Assembly (NCBI GenBank): GCA_037137455.1 | Contig: JBAXKG010000007.1 | Location: 12,036-76,035, forward strand | Origin: Bacteroidota bacterium | GTDB lineage: Bacteria > Bacteroidota > Bacteroidia > Bacteroidales > FEN-979 | Length of the DNA: 64,000 nt | Reading direction: 5' to 3' | Shown: piece after piece, positions 48,354 to 58,101 of the stretch | How positions within the stretch are numbered: the stretch's first letter is position 1 | Layout: each line of letters begins with the position of its first letter | Program-made: the position numbers and the translations under genes | Notes under the pieces: generated by a model | Databases searched by the model: none | Told to the model about the DNA's origin: nothing | Seen by the model: the letters and a program-made list of their open reading frames with translations, nothing else

Positions 48354-48914
48354 TTAAAATCTGGACTTATCCAGAACGGGGAACCTCATTTGAGCAAGAA
48401 AGAAGGCCCCGTAAAATACCGCACTGAAAAAGGTGGTTCCGAGGAGATCATTCAAAAAGAATGAGAATCCATTTGTAGTATCACGAAAAAACATCAAACC
48501 TGCGATGTAACATTCAGCAAGGCCTGTAGCATTTTGTGGATAGAAGGGGCTGGCAACCCATGATGCAAAGTTGGTTATCAAAAAGAAAATAACCGACGAT
48601 GAAAAAGAGGCCAGCACAACTGATCCCACGTTCACTTTATTTCGGATCGCGATACCAATCAGAACCGTGATAGCAAAACTTACATAAACAGCAGGCATAT
48701 TAGCGTGCAGGCCTATAACGAGATCGCTTATGAACATTGCGGCAATCGGAATGGCGAAAGCATATTGCTTTCTGTCGAAATAGGTACCGGCAAAAAGAGC
48801 CATAGCTGCAATTGGTGTAAAGTTTGGCCAATGCGGCAGCAGCCGAATAAGGGCGGCAACAAGAATAACTGAGAAAATAACAATAAATCTAGGGTTGATA
48901 GATTTATATTTCAT
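48354..48914 (-). CDS. small polytopic membrane protein (DUF6580-like putative transporter component)
   Basis: INPRFIVIFSVILVAALIRLLPHWPNFTPIAAMALFAGTYF resembles the DUF6580 N-terminus as I recall it. 5-6 TM helices. The ATG at 48914 is preferred over the TTG at 48941, which would lie inside the predicted -7 box. Confidence 0.5.
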   Translation of the reverse strand: MKYKSINPRFIVIFSVILVAALIRLLPHWPNFTPIAAMALFAGTYFDRKQYAFAIPIAAMFISDLVIGLHANMPAVYVSFAITVLIGIAIRNKVNVGSVVLASFSSSVIFFLITNFASWVASPFYPQNATGLAECYIAGLMFFRDTTNGFSFFLNDLLGTTFFSAVFYGAFFLAQMRFPVLDKSRF

Positions 48915-48939
48915 GAATATGTTGTATTTAGAATGATAC

Positions 48940-48947
48940 AAAAATAA
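48940..48947 (-). promoter_or_regulatory. candidate -7 box (TATTTTTG on the minus strand)
   Basis: A TAnnTTTG match 25 nt upstream of the ATG at 48914. Confidence 0.35.
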
Positions 48948-48990
48948 TAAATCATTTTAATAATCGCTAAGCCAAATGAAAAATAGTTTC

Positions 48991-48998
48991 TATTTTTG
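48991..48998 (+). promoter_or_regulatory. candidate -7 box (TATTTTTG)
   Basis: A TAnnTTTG match 29 nt upstream of the amidohydrolase ATG at 49028. It forms a divergent promoter pair with the box at 48940-48947. Confidence 0.35.
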
Positions 48999-49027
48999 GT
49001 GAACAATCATTAAACCAATATCTTAAA

Positions 49028-50686
49028 ATGAATTATAAAGGTATAATTTTCTCTCTTTTCGTAGTCTGTTTTTTAAATTCGTGCGGACAAATGAAAAAAA
49101 AAGTTGATTTAATTGTCACGAATGGCGTGATTTACACTGTTGATTCCGTTAATACCCGGGTGGAGGCCATGGCGATCAGCAACGGCAAGATTATGGCTCT
49201 TGGTAGCAACCAGAATATTGCAGCTGGTTATCAGGCTGATGAGACTCTCGATTTGAAAGGGAAGGCGGTTTTTCCGGGGTTTATTGATGCACATTGCCAT
49301 TTCATAGGTTATGCATTGGGATTACAATATGTTGACCTTGCCGGTTTGGGTTCGTTCGATGAAGTATTACTACGCCTTAAAGATGCAGACAAGCCAGGTA
49401 AGGGAAAATGGCTTGTAGGCCGGGGGTGGGACCAGAATTTATGGATAAGCAAAATCTTCCCTGACAACAGAAAGTTAAATGAATTATTTCCGGATATCCC
49501 GGTAATGTTAATCAGGATTGATGGCCATGTTGTTCTCGCGAATCAGGAAGCTTTGAAGAGGGCAGGCATTAATGAAAATAATCGTTTCAGGGATGGGCAA
49601 GTTGAGATGAAAAACGGACAATTGACCGGAATATTAAGTGAAAACGCGGCAGACCTGATAAGAGGAATAGTGCCACAACCTCAGGGCGAAGATCTGGCTA
49701 CCTTAATAAAACGGGCTGAGCAGCAATGTTTTTCAGTAGGCCTTACTGTTGTGAGTGATGCAGGGCTTGAGTACCCTCAGATTATTATTTTGGATTCGCT
49801 TCAAAAGAGCGGTAGAATCAAGATGCATGTTTATGCCATGTTGACCCCAACGGAAGAGAATATTAATGAATTTGTCAAACATGGACCATATAAAACTGAC
49901 AAACTGCTTATTAGATCGATAAAGATTTATGCAGATGGAAGTCTGGGAAGCAGGACAGCGAGATTAAAACAACCCTATAGCGATGCCAGGGCTACCTCAG
50001 GGATTAGCGTAACATTGCCTGATTCAATTAAATTTTTATGCAGTCTCGCTCTTGAGAATGGATACCAGGTAAACAGTCATTGTATAGGAGATTCAGCAAA
50101 CAGGCTGATATTGGACATATACAGAAGTTTTTTAAAGGAGAAGAATGATCTGCGTTGGAGAATAGAACATGCCCAGGTTGTTGATCAGAATGATTTTCAT
50201 CTCTTTGGCGATTATTCAATAATCCCTTCTATTCAGGCCACGCATGCCACTTCTGATATGAGGTGGGCGGAGGAGAGGGTTGGACCTTTGCGAATTCAGG
50301 GAGCCTATGCCTATAAAGAGCTGATGAACCAGAACGGATGGATAGCCAATGGTACAGATTTCCCGATTGAAAATATTTCTCCGTTATTAACATTTTATGC
50401 CTCGGTTGCAAGAAAAGATATGACCGGGTTTCCTGAAGGTGGTTTTCAGATGAAGAATGCACTTACACGTGAGGAGGCTTTACATTCCATAACCATTTGG
50501 GCGGCAAGAGCAGATTTTCTTGAAGGGGAAAAAGGCAGCCTTGAAGTTGGCAAGGATGCAGATTTTGTTATTCTCAATCAGGATATTATGGGGATTCCTG
50601 AGCAGGAGATTTCCAAAACCAGGGTTTTAAATACTTTCATCCGGGGAATGAGTGTTTTCTCAATCGTTTCGCAACCTACAATTTAA
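49028..50686 (+). CDS. metal-dependent amidohydrolase (Amidohydro_3 / YtcJ-like), secreted or lipoprotein
   Basis: Signal peptide with Cys (LNSCG). VFPGFIDAHCHF is the HxH metal motif. IYADGSLGS, NSHCIGD and GTDFP are further amidohydrolase-superfamily motifs. Confidence 0.85.
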   Translation: MNYKGIIFSLFVVCFLNSCGQMKKKVDLIVTNGVIYTVDSVNTRVEAMAISNGKIMALGSNQNIAAGYQADETLDLKGKAVFPGFIDAHCHFIGYALGLQYVDLAGLGSFDEVLLRLKDADKPGKGKWLVGRGWDQNLWISKIFPDNRKLNELFPDIPVMLIRIDGHVVLANQEALKRAGINENNRFRDGQVEMKNGQLTGILSENAADLIRGIVPQPQGEDLATLIKRAEQQCFSVGLTVVSDAGLEYPQIIILDSLQKSGRIKMHVYAMLTPTEENINEFVKHGPYKTDKLLIRSIKIYADGSLGSRTARLKQPYSDARATSGISVTLPDSIKFLCSLALENGYQVNSHCIGDSANRLILDIYRSFLKEKNDLRWRIEHAQVVDQNDFHLFGDYSIIPSIQATHATSDMRWAEERVGPLRIQGAYAYKELMNQNGWIANGTDFPIENISPLLTFYASVARKDMTGFPEGGFQMKNALTREEALHSITIWAARADFLEGEKGSLEVGKDADFVILNQDIMGIPEQEISKTRVLNTFIRGMSVFSIVSQPTI

Positions 50687-51320
50687 GCTGTTTGCAAATA
50701 AGTTTACCAGCCTGTTTGCCTGCATTTGCAAAGCATTCCGAAATCCTGAGCATTGCATCATAGGAGGCCTTATCTACTGAAACACCACCTACAGAAGTTT
50801 TCCAGGTTGCTTTGGGTTTTATTCTATCACCCTCAATTGTGGCAATTACTTTGTCGGGAGCAGCTGTTTCAACCAGGTCGATCAGCAAGTCAAGGGATGC
50901 CGATTTTGCAGTTCCCATTACAGCCGTTTCAACACCCTGTTCAACAAAGGTCACATGTAAAACAAGTGTATACTTAGCAGCAGGGTCAGATTTTCCTGTG
51001 AGTCCGCAATCATTAGCCTGATCGTTAAAGTCAGCCTCAAATGCCGGCTGGCATTTTTCAGCTTTCCCGGCATTCCATTTAGCGGCCCATTCATCACCAG
51101 TTCCGGGTTTTTTAGCATTCCTTTCATCGATACCTTTTTTCAGGTATGCAGCTTCAGAATCAAATTTGCCAACAGCCATCTTGTTGTAATCGTAGGTGAC
51201 GTTGATCACCTTTTCACCTTTAAGCACATTCAGATCTCCTGATTTAAGTTTCTGGCCAAACAAAACTCCGGTTGATGCCAAAAAGGCCAATGTTAATGCT
51301 ATTATTCCTATCTTTTTCAT
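50676..51320 (-). CDS. secreted hypothetical protein
   Basis: Clear signal peptide (MKKIGIIALTLAFLASTGVLFGQ). I recognised no motif. It overlaps the amidohydrolase 3' end by 11 nt (convergent). It appears somewhat more GC-rich than its neighbours. Confidence 0.6.
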   Translation of the reverse strand: MKKIGIIALTLAFLASTGVLFGQKLKSGDLNVLKGEKVINVTYDYNKMAVGKFDSEAAYLKKGIDERNAKKPGTGDEWAAKWNAGKAEKCQPAFEADFNDQANDCGLTGKSDPAAKYTLVLHVTFVEQGVETAVMGTAKSASLDLLIDLVETAAPDKVIATIEGDRIKPKATWKTSVGGVSVDKASYDAMLRISECFANAGKQAGKLICKQLKL

Positions 51321-51406
51321 GAAAATTGAATTTATAATTATGACTAATTGATTATTTAGACAAAATTAAAATAATGAAAGGAGAATACAAAATTTTCAAG
51401 AGAAAT

Positions 51407-52717
51407 TTACATTTTTTCGCGATGATCAATGAATTTGACAGGTTTTCGGCTGGTTTCAGGGTATTGCATTTTCTGAATACTAGCTTCATCGGTGAAGCTG
51501 ATTAATGGTGCAACCCTGAGTTTAGAGCGGAAATGGTCTTTGATATCTTTTTCTTTTTCTTCTCCGATACCTTTTCCACTTACGTAAATCATGATTTCAT
51601 CTGTTCCTATCTGATTTGTATAAACTTCAACGATATAATTAGTTATATAGTCAATGTTATCGAGGATATCGTACAGAGCAGGAGGGAAAAGGGTAGTACC
51701 TTTGTATTTGATCATCTGGTTTTTCCGGCCAACGACAGGACCAAGACGGATTGTATTGCGTCCGCATTTGCATGGACTCGAATAATGATGGCATACATCA
51801 CCAGTTTTAAAGCGAAGTAGCGGCATACCTTCAACACCGAGGGTAGTGATAGTGACTTCCCCGGGTTCACCTTCTTTTACAGGATTATTGTCATCATCAA
51901 GAAATTCAACTATAATTAATTCAGGATGATGATGCCCTCCAATACCTTCTTCACATTCGGTAAAGGAGGTTCCCATCTCAGTAGAAGCATAGGTTGAAAA
52001 CAATTTCAGCGGCCATTTTTCCAGAATTTTTCGTCCAAGAGTATTCAATGTGAGATCATTTTTTCTCAAAGGTTCTCCGATACAAATGGCCTTTTTAATG
52101 CTACATGTCTGGAAATCAATTCCATGTTGCTCAGCATATTCAATGATTTTAAGTATGAAAGATGGCACGGCAACAATGGCATTGGGTTTTATTCGTTGAA
52201 TCGTATCCCATTGCAGCTCAGGTATACCATTTCCAACGCGGACGATGCTTGCTCCCAACATCCGGATGCCAAGAAAGTATGCCAAACCAGCCATAAACCG
52301 CCGGTCGATGGTAGTCATCAGTTGATAAATATCGGTTGGCGCTCCCCGGGCACAGGTGAAAGAGATGGCTTCATTGTATGCCAGCCTGTCCAGATCACTG
52401 TTAGTCATGGCAAAGGTAACCGGATCGCCGAGGGTTCCGGAAGTAGTGATATAATCAATAATTTGTGATTTAGGAGTGCATAAAAAATCAAAATTTCTTA
52501 CCTGGAGATCCTTTTTTGTTGTAACGGGAATATGAACTAAATCAAGGGTTTCCTTGATTCGGGTAATATCAATATTGTGTATTCGGAAATGATCCTGATA
52601 AAAGGGAGATTGGTTCTTAAGATAAACCAGCGCCTTTTGGAGTAGGGAATTCTGAAATTTTAATATCTCAGGCAGAGCAGCGCTTTCAATTGCAGGTAAA
52701 AAAGGTAGTCCGGTCAT
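51407..52717 (-). CDS. PaaK / coenzyme F390 synthetase-family adenylate-forming acyl/aryl-acid ligase
   Basis: YITTSGTLGDPVTFAMTNSDL (P-loop-like motif of the PaaK family), STYASTEMG, LRFKTGD and GRKNQMIKYKGTTLFP. 436 aa is the typical size. Confidence 0.8.
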   Translation of the reverse strand: MTGLPFLPAIESAALPEILKFQNSLLQKALVYLKNQSPFYQDHFRIHNIDITRIKETLDLVHIPVTTKKDLQVRNFDFLCTPKSQIIDYITTSGTLGDPVTFAMTNSDLDRLAYNEAISFTCARGAPTDIYQLMTTIDRRFMAGLAYFLGIRMLGASIVRVGNGIPELQWDTIQRIKPNAIVAVPSFILKIIEYAEQHGIDFQTCSIKKAICIGEPLRKNDLTLNTLGRKILEKWPLKLFSTYASTEMGTSFTECEEGIGGHHHPELIIVEFLDDDNNPVKEGEPGEVTITTLGVEGMPLLRFKTGDVCHHYSSPCKCGRNTIRLGPVVGRKNQMIKYKGTTLFPPALYDILDNIDYITNYIVEVYTNQIGTDEIMIYVSGKGIGEEKEKDIKDHFRSKLRVAPLISFTDEASIQKMQYPETSRKPVKFIDHREKM

Positions 52718-52779
52718 TCTTGGTTTTTAGCTATTTATCGAAAATTTATGTGAAAATCATAATAAGAATTTATTTTCCA

Positions 52780-53862
52780 TCAGCGATAACCATATCGTTC
52801 CATATGAACCTTAAGCCGATACTTAATGATAAGGTTTTCTTCTTCTGTCAGGCTAAATCCATTTTTTTTAAAAGTTTGAATTTTATAAAAGAAATTAAGG
52901 ATATTTATTTCAAATTCAGGTAAAAACTGAAGTCCAAGTTTTGCGTAGAGTGTTTGTAAAACCGGGACAGGATTTTTTTCCAGTTCATCGAAACGGATTT
53001 CAGCCCAGGAATCCGAAGGAAGAATCTGTAAATCTTTATTGATAGTAGTCAGCACACTGTCGATGACAGTCAATACTTCATCTATTGTTGGAATGTGAGC
53101 ATTTGAATTCAGGCAATTTTGTTTCTGAACGATGTCCCACATATGAATGGTAGATGGTACCACATCGTAAGGGTGTCTGTGGATGTGAATAAATTTAGCT
53201 TTAGGAAATAATTGATATAAAAGTTGAATGCGATATGAATTGAAAGGATTTTTCGAAACAATTTTTCTTTTTCCTTTCAGACGTAATTTTTTATAGAAAT
53301 GTTGAATTTTTCTTTGCCAGTTTTCGAGTTTATCATCAGGTGGGATGAAGTTATCGGATTGCAGCAGAAAATAGGCTTTTGATTTTGGAAATACCAGATC
53401 TTCCAGAGGTGAAATCCCGGTAGTACGGTAGATGGCATATTCGTCTTCCTGAGGCTCATCCATGCCTATTTTGACTTGATCCATTGGCCTGTGTTCGGAG
53501 ATTATCCGTTTAAAAATCGGACGATAATATGGATAGGAGACAAGGAAACTATCGGGTAAAGCAACCTGAAAAAGCGTGGGGGCAATTAATTGAGGATCAA
53601 GACACATGAGTTGATGCAACAAAGTGGAACCAGTTCTCCAATGTCCGATTATGAATATTGGGTCATCAGGAACAGGTTCATTTTTCAAGGCTTTTGTGAA
53701 TTTTGCTTTTTCAATCAATGAAAAAAAGGAAGACCAGAAAGAGCTTTGAAAAAGAAAGGCAAGTCGCAGAATGTTTTTCCAGGTATATGATAATTTGTTC
53801 CGCTTTAAAAGCCGAAACAATTGATCAAGTTTGATTCCGGCAGTAATATAGGAATCTTTCAA
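52780..53862 (-). CDS. PAPS-dependent sulfotransferase family protein
   Basis: IIGHWRTGSTLLHQLM is a 5'-PSB loop and FIHIHRHPYDVVPS is a 3'-PB-like motif. TTG start. Confidence 0.75.
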   Translation of the reverse strand: MKDSYITAGIKLDQLFRLLKRNKLSYTWKNILRLAFLFQSSFWSSFFSLIEKAKFTKALKNEPVPDDPIFIIGHWRTGSTLLHQLMCLDPQLIAPTLFQVALPDSFLVSYPYYRPIFKRIISEHRPMDQVKIGMDEPQEDEYAIYRTTGISPLEDLVFPKSKAYFLLQSDNFIPPDDKLENWQRKIQHFYKKLRLKGKRKIVSKNPFNSYRIQLLYQLFPKAKFIHIHRHPYDVVPSTIHMWDIVQKQNCLNSNAHIPTIDEVLTVIDSVLTTINKDLQILPSDSWAEIRFDELEKNPVPVLQTLYAKLGLQFLPEFEINILNFFYKIQTFKKNGFSLTEEENLIIKYRLKVHMERYGYR

Positions 53863-53888
53863 AACAATGGCATTTAAATAAAGTTATT

Positions 53889-54173
53889 TTACAATTTATT
53901 ATTTGATTTTTGTTCTGAAATGAACTTTGCGATACTATTTACAGAGCGAACTACTTCTCTGGCCAGGTTCTGATCGGCAATACGTATGCCGTAGTTACGT
54001 TGGATTGCCATAATGATCTCAATAGCATCAACAGAATCGAGAGTGAGGGCATTATCTCCTCCAAAAAGTGGTTTTTCATCATCCACATCATTCGGGTCGA
54101 CATCATTGATTGACAAAGTGGTCATTATCATTTTCTTGATTTCCAGTTTCAGTTCTTCTGATTGTGTAGACAT
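53889..54173 (-). CDS. acyl carrier protein (stand-alone)
   Basis: 94 aa and acidic. LTLDSVDAIEIIMAI contains the DSxD/phosphopantetheine Ser context. Confidence 0.85.
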   Translation of the reverse strand: MSTQSEELKLEIKKMIMTTLSINDVDPNDVDDEKPLFGGDNALTLDSVDAIEIIMAIQRNYGIRIADQNLAREVVRSVNSIAKFISEQKSNNKL

Positions 54174-54194
54174 ATTTGAATACTTTATTTCCGT

Positions 54195-55202
54195 TTATTT
54201 AATGGCTTTGGAAAGTGTCTTAAAAAATCGTTCTTCCACATCAGCCCTGTCATAGATCATCTCACTCAATTGTTTCAATTTTTCAGGGCCAAGGTCTCTG
54301 TTTTTGCCTATACGTGCAGAGAACAGGGAGATTTCCCTCCATCCATCCCCGATATTCATGAGTTCACCAGAAAGTTCTTTCAATCCAGGTTTATTGATTA
54401 TCGCGGCAGCCTGCTGAAGGAAGGTGGCATAGATGAAACGAAATCCGGCCCCACCGGTTCCCTGGTCTTCAAGCAGAATGTTAATTTTCATGATTTCATG
54501 CGACAAATGTTCGATATCTCTCGCAAACTTTGGCCATTCAACGACTTTTTTGGCAAACATCCGCATGCCTTTTATGCCAAGGAATGGAATCGGGATGTTT
54601 AACATGTAAAAGCAAGCTTTTTTAATGCCTTTTGTAATGGCTTTATTGTAATCAATTTCAACGGGGAGTTTATCCAAATGGAAAATAAATCCCTTAGGCG
54701 ACATGGTACCACCCGCGAATCGTCCCTTTTCAAGTGAAGCAGCGTCAAGTTCAACCATCTTCGGGAAATATGCATCGCTGATGGTGTACTTGCCATTTTC
54801 CTTGCCTGCAACTACCAAAAAATGAACATTGATATGAACACGTTCCCATGATGGAACGTAGTCCATATAGAAAAAATCAACCTGTGCGGCTGTGGGGAGA
54901 TTTTGCATCAGAAGATAATCGAGTGTTTGTTGCCCTTTGATATTATCATTAAAATCAAAGGTTTTGAACTTCACACCGATTCGCTTTTCAATGTTTGTAC
55001 GCATATGTCCCGGCTTATTCCTAACTATGAAGGTAGGGAATGCAAAGGATTTCATTTTGTGAAAATAACCGAAAAAGATTCCACTGGCGATGCCAAAAAC
55101 CAAGGGTTCAGTGATGTTGAGGCCCCCGTGATTCAACAAGGAGGTGATAGACCCCGATTCGCAGTGAGCGGCCATTTTATGGTTGAAGTTCTGTATGATC
55201 AT
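54195..55202 (-). CDS. BtrH N-terminal-domain/DUF4872-like protein (putative ACP-dependent acyltransferase or papain-fold peptidase)
   Basis: The N-terminus NFNHKMAAHCESGSITSLLNHGGLNITEPLVFGIASGIFFGY matches my memory of the BtrH_N pattern, with a candidate nucleophile Cys. The ~335-aa length fits BtrH_N plus DUF4872. Confidence 0.6.
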   Translation of the reverse strand: MIIQNFNHKMAAHCESGSITSLLNHGGLNITEPLVFGIASGIFFGYFHKMKSFAFPTFIVRNKPGHMRTNIEKRIGVKFKTFDFNDNIKGQQTLDYLLMQNLPTAAQVDFFYMDYVPSWERVHINVHFLVVAGKENGKYTISDAYFPKMVELDAASLEKGRFAGGTMSPKGFIFHLDKLPVEIDYNKAITKGIKKACFYMLNIPIPFLGIKGMRMFAKKVVEWPKFARDIEHLSHEIMKINILLEDQGTGGAGFRFIYATFLQQAAAIINKPGLKELSGELMNIGDGWREISLFSARIGKNRDLGPEKLKQLSEMIYDRADVEERFFKTLSKAIK

Positions 55203-55709
55203 CTATTTTCTTTCTTCAATTTTAGTCAGTACAATGTAAGGGTTGTGGGTTGATGTATGATCGACAGAAATTTTTTCAGCTTTATTTTCAAGTATAAGAT
55301 TGGATTCGAAACTACCATTGCTATTCACCAAAACAATCTGTAAAAGGTTGGCCACGTGAATATTAAATACCGATGCATATTTAACAAGTTCATCAGCTGT
55401 CACCAAACCAAACAGTTTAGGATCAAGATGTTTCTTTACCCGTGATTTCCTGACTCCTGCCCTCGCCGATAATTCGGAGAGAGAGAGGTCTTCAAAGACC
55501 ATATAATATTTTATCGGGCTTATTTTGCCTGAGATCAATTGCTCCCGAAGTTCCAACTCCAGGTTCCTGCGTTTGGCTATGTAATCATCCATATAATTTG
55601 CCGAGATATAAGAACCTGTCTGCATAGGGCCATATTTCCCATCATCCTTTTCTACATAAAGGATCATCTGTTGTTCAGGATAATCCACAAAACCTTCTTT
55701 TTCTTTCAT
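55203..55709 (-). CDS. hypothetical 168-aa protein with possible HTH-like segment
   Basis: LSLSELSARAGVRKSRVKKHLDP resembles a helix-turn-helix. I recognised no other motif. Its stop directly abuts the BtrH-like start. Confidence 0.45.
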   Translation of the reverse strand: MKEKEGFVDYPEQQMILYVEKDDGKYGPMQTGSYISANYMDDYIAKRRNLELELREQLISGKISPIKYYMVFEDLSLSELSARAGVRKSRVKKHLDPKLFGLVTADELVKYASVFNIHVANLLQIVLVNSNGSFESNLILENKAEKISVDHTSTHNPYIVLTKIEERK

Positions 55710-55732
55710 TGGATGAAATTAGGAATTTCCTC

Positions 55733-56962
55733 CTATTTCTGTCTTGCAAAAATAGCAATGCTGCTGATCATTGCAAAACCAAAAAAAAGGATCATTAAAA
55801 TTGTATTTGGAAGTATATCAAGGAGATTTCCTTCGCGTATAAACAGGTTCAGGTAATTATCAATCCCCCAGCGGATAGGAGAGAGGCAGCTAATATACTG
55901 AATAACTTCCGGCATAAGGTGAATTGGCAGGAATGTTCCGCTGATCACACCGAGCAAAACCACCATTACGGATCCAAACAAAGCGGCCTGGTTATGTGTT
56001 GTAGCTGTTGCACCTACAATAATCCCGAAACCAATGGCAGCAAGGGAGGCTGAAATTGTAGCAATAGCAATAGCCGGATATTGATGACCAATTTGAAGTT
56101 GAGGGAAACCGAAAAAGGCAGGAAATATCCAGATTCCGATTGCCAGCATAAGGATAAATTGAAGTAGGCATACAGCCAGGTAAGCGATTACTTTTCCTCC
56201 AAGAATTGAAGACAATCTTACCGGGAGCGAACGCAGCCGTTGAAAACTTCCTTCATTTTTTTCTGTAATCAGGCTGCCAGCCAGGGGAATAACAATAAAA
56301 AACATAGCAAAAAGGATAAATCCCGGAACGTTGTTTTGAATCACATTTGGCTGAATGGCTGATTTCTCCTTCAGTGCATATGTTTCCTTTATCGGAGACA
56401 GATCATGCATTATTTCTGACACCTGTGCCTGAATTACAGGCTTCATAGTCACCGGGAGCCTGCCCAGTATATCATTCATTGCCTCTCCTGTCTGTGTCCC
56501 CTTGATGATATATTTGAGCGAATTTGTGACCGGAGTTTTAAAGGTTTCCTGCAGGGTCGGGTCAATAATCAGGATAATTGCAGAATCGACAGGCTTAATG
56601 ATAACTCCAAATTTGAAATCACCCTTTCCAATCAGTGTTTTAGCTTTGAAGTAATTCACAGGAATCTTGTCAATTTCGGTCACAGGATGAAAGAAACCTG
56701 ATGAATCGAAATTTGCCATAAGCCTGGCGGAAAAAGGGCTATTCGACTCATCGACAAAAAGGATCTGAGTTTTGGCATTCTGACTTTTCAAGGCATTTTC
56801 CTGTGCCAGGGTTACCACGAAAATCAGCAGGACAGGCATCAGGAAAAGGATGATTAATCCGGGGATGTCTCTGAAGAGCAACAAGAATTCCTTATTTAAG
56901 ATAAACCACAGTTTTCGCACAGAGCAAAAATAGGAAGATTTATCAATTCTTTTTTGCTTCAA
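55733..56962 (-). CDS. ABC-2-type transporter permease
   Basis: An N-terminal TM helix, a large extracytoplasmic loop and 5 C-terminal TM helices, which is ABC-2 topology. TTG start with a 20-nt overlap on the methyltransferase gene. No ATPase gene is adjacent. Confidence 0.7.
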   Translation of the reverse strand: MKQKRIDKSSYFCSVRKLWFILNKEFLLLFRDIPGLIILFLMPVLLIFVVTLAQENALKSQNAKTQILFVDESNSPFSARLMANFDSSGFFHPVTEIDKIPVNYFKAKTLIGKGDFKFGVIIKPVDSAIILIIDPTLQETFKTPVTNSLKYIIKGTQTGEAMNDILGRLPVTMKPVIQAQVSEIMHDLSPIKETYALKEKSAIQPNVIQNNVPGFILFAMFFIVIPLAGSLITEKNEGSFQRLRSLPVRLSSILGGKVIAYLAVCLLQFILMLAIGIWIFPAFFGFPQLQIGHQYPAIAIATISASLAAIGFGIIVGATATTHNQAALFGSVMVVLLGVISGTFLPIHLMPEVIQYISCLSPIRWGIDNYLNLFIREGNLLDILPNTILMILFFGFAMISSIAIFARQK

Positions 56963-58043
56963 TCAGGCTGACCGGTGCGATGGTAGGAATTATCCGTGAA
57001 AGAGAGAATCCTGATTTTTCCAATAAAGTCCGGTATTCGCTGCCTGTGCGTTCTTTACCTCCCGGCATGGTGGCCATCATCTGAATATCCAACAATTTAG
57101 CCAGTGATGGTCCATTCCCTGATGGAACCACCATTTCTATGATAAGCAGGAGTCCATTTGGTTTAATAACCTGATGAATTTTTTGTAACAATTTAACCGC
57201 CTGTTCATCACTCCAGTTATGGATAATATTTTTGAGTATATAAAGATCGCCAGAAGCGGGGATTGAATTAAAAAAATCACCTGAAACGATTTCTGTACGG
57301 CTTTCGACCTTATGCATGGCAAACATTTCAGAGGCCTTTTCGAGCGCTACATTCGTATCAAAAAGGATGCCCCGGCACCCGGCATTTTCGCGAAGTATAT
57401 TGGCCAGGAGAAATCCTTCGCCGCCACCTAAATCAATAATCAAAGGAAATTTTGAGAATTCATATGCATTAAGAATCGGGGCAAGTCCCAATTCTGAAAG
57501 ATTTGACATCGATTTGTCAAATAAAGCATTTTCATCTTGATGATCCTTAAGAAAATCCCAAATTTCCTTTCCATATTTATCAGTAAAGGCATTCTTTCCT
57601 GTTCGAACCGAAACTTCAAGATTGCTCATCAGATTCCAATTGATTGGTCCCAGATGATGGAGGATCATATAGCGCAGTGAGCCTGGTTCATCGAGGAGGC
57701 CTTTGGCCATTGAATTTATCGCGAAACGCCCATCGCGGGTCTGTTTAAAAATACCCTGGCTGGATAGTGCTCGAAGGATCCGTGATACGTTAAGTGGGTC
57801 AACATCAAGACGTTCAGCGATTTCAGTGACAGTAAGCGGATTATCCTTAAGAAGTTTGGCTATATCGAGTTTTGCTGCAACGTAAATCGAGGGTAACAAC
57901 CAGAAATTTTGAAACTGTTCGTAAAGTACTACATTGCCGGGGAACAGTTTTCGGTTCAGATGTATTAAGAAAGTGCGAAAAGCTGTAATGACTTTGATAA
58001 GCCATACCGGAGGAAGTTTCTGATGGGATTGGTATTTACTCAT
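56943..58043 (-). CDS. SAM-dependent O-methyltransferase (COMT/Methyltransf_2-like, with N-terminal winged-helix dimerisation domain)
   Basis: LTVTEIAERLDVDPLNVSRILRALSSQGIF is the winged helix. IIDLGGGEGFLLANIL is motif I. DLYILKNIIHNWSDE is the characteristic OMT motif. The ATG at 58043 is preferred over the TTG at 58082. Confidence 0.8.
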   Translation of the reverse strand: MSKYQSHQKLPPVWLIKVITAFRTFLIHLNRKLFPGNVVLYEQFQNFWLLPSIYVAAKLDIAKLLKDNPLTVTEIAERLDVDPLNVSRILRALSSQGIFKQTRDGRFAINSMAKGLLDEPGSLRYMILHHLGPINWNLMSNLEVSVRTGKNAFTDKYGKEIWDFLKDHQDENALFDKSMSNLSELGLAPILNAYEFSKFPLIIDLGGGEGFLLANILRENAGCRGILFDTNVALEKASEMFAMHKVESRTEIVSGDFFNSIPASGDLYILKNIIHNWSDEQAVKLLQKIHQVIKPNGLLLIIEMVVPSGNGPSLAKLLDIQMMATMPGGKERTGSEYRTLLEKSGFSLSRIIPTIAPVSLIEAKKN

Positions 58044-58101
58044 GGCTATTACCTCTTGCAGTTTGGCAAAACCTGATCGCAAATTTACACTGATTTTAAT
58101 A

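Noticed and set aside
50676-51320. Apparently higher GC content of the 214-aa secreted-protein gene, considered as evidence of horizontal transfer.
   Set aside because: The impression is visual and was not computed. No mobility genes, repeats or tRNA flank the gene, and a gene this short gives an unreliable composition signal.
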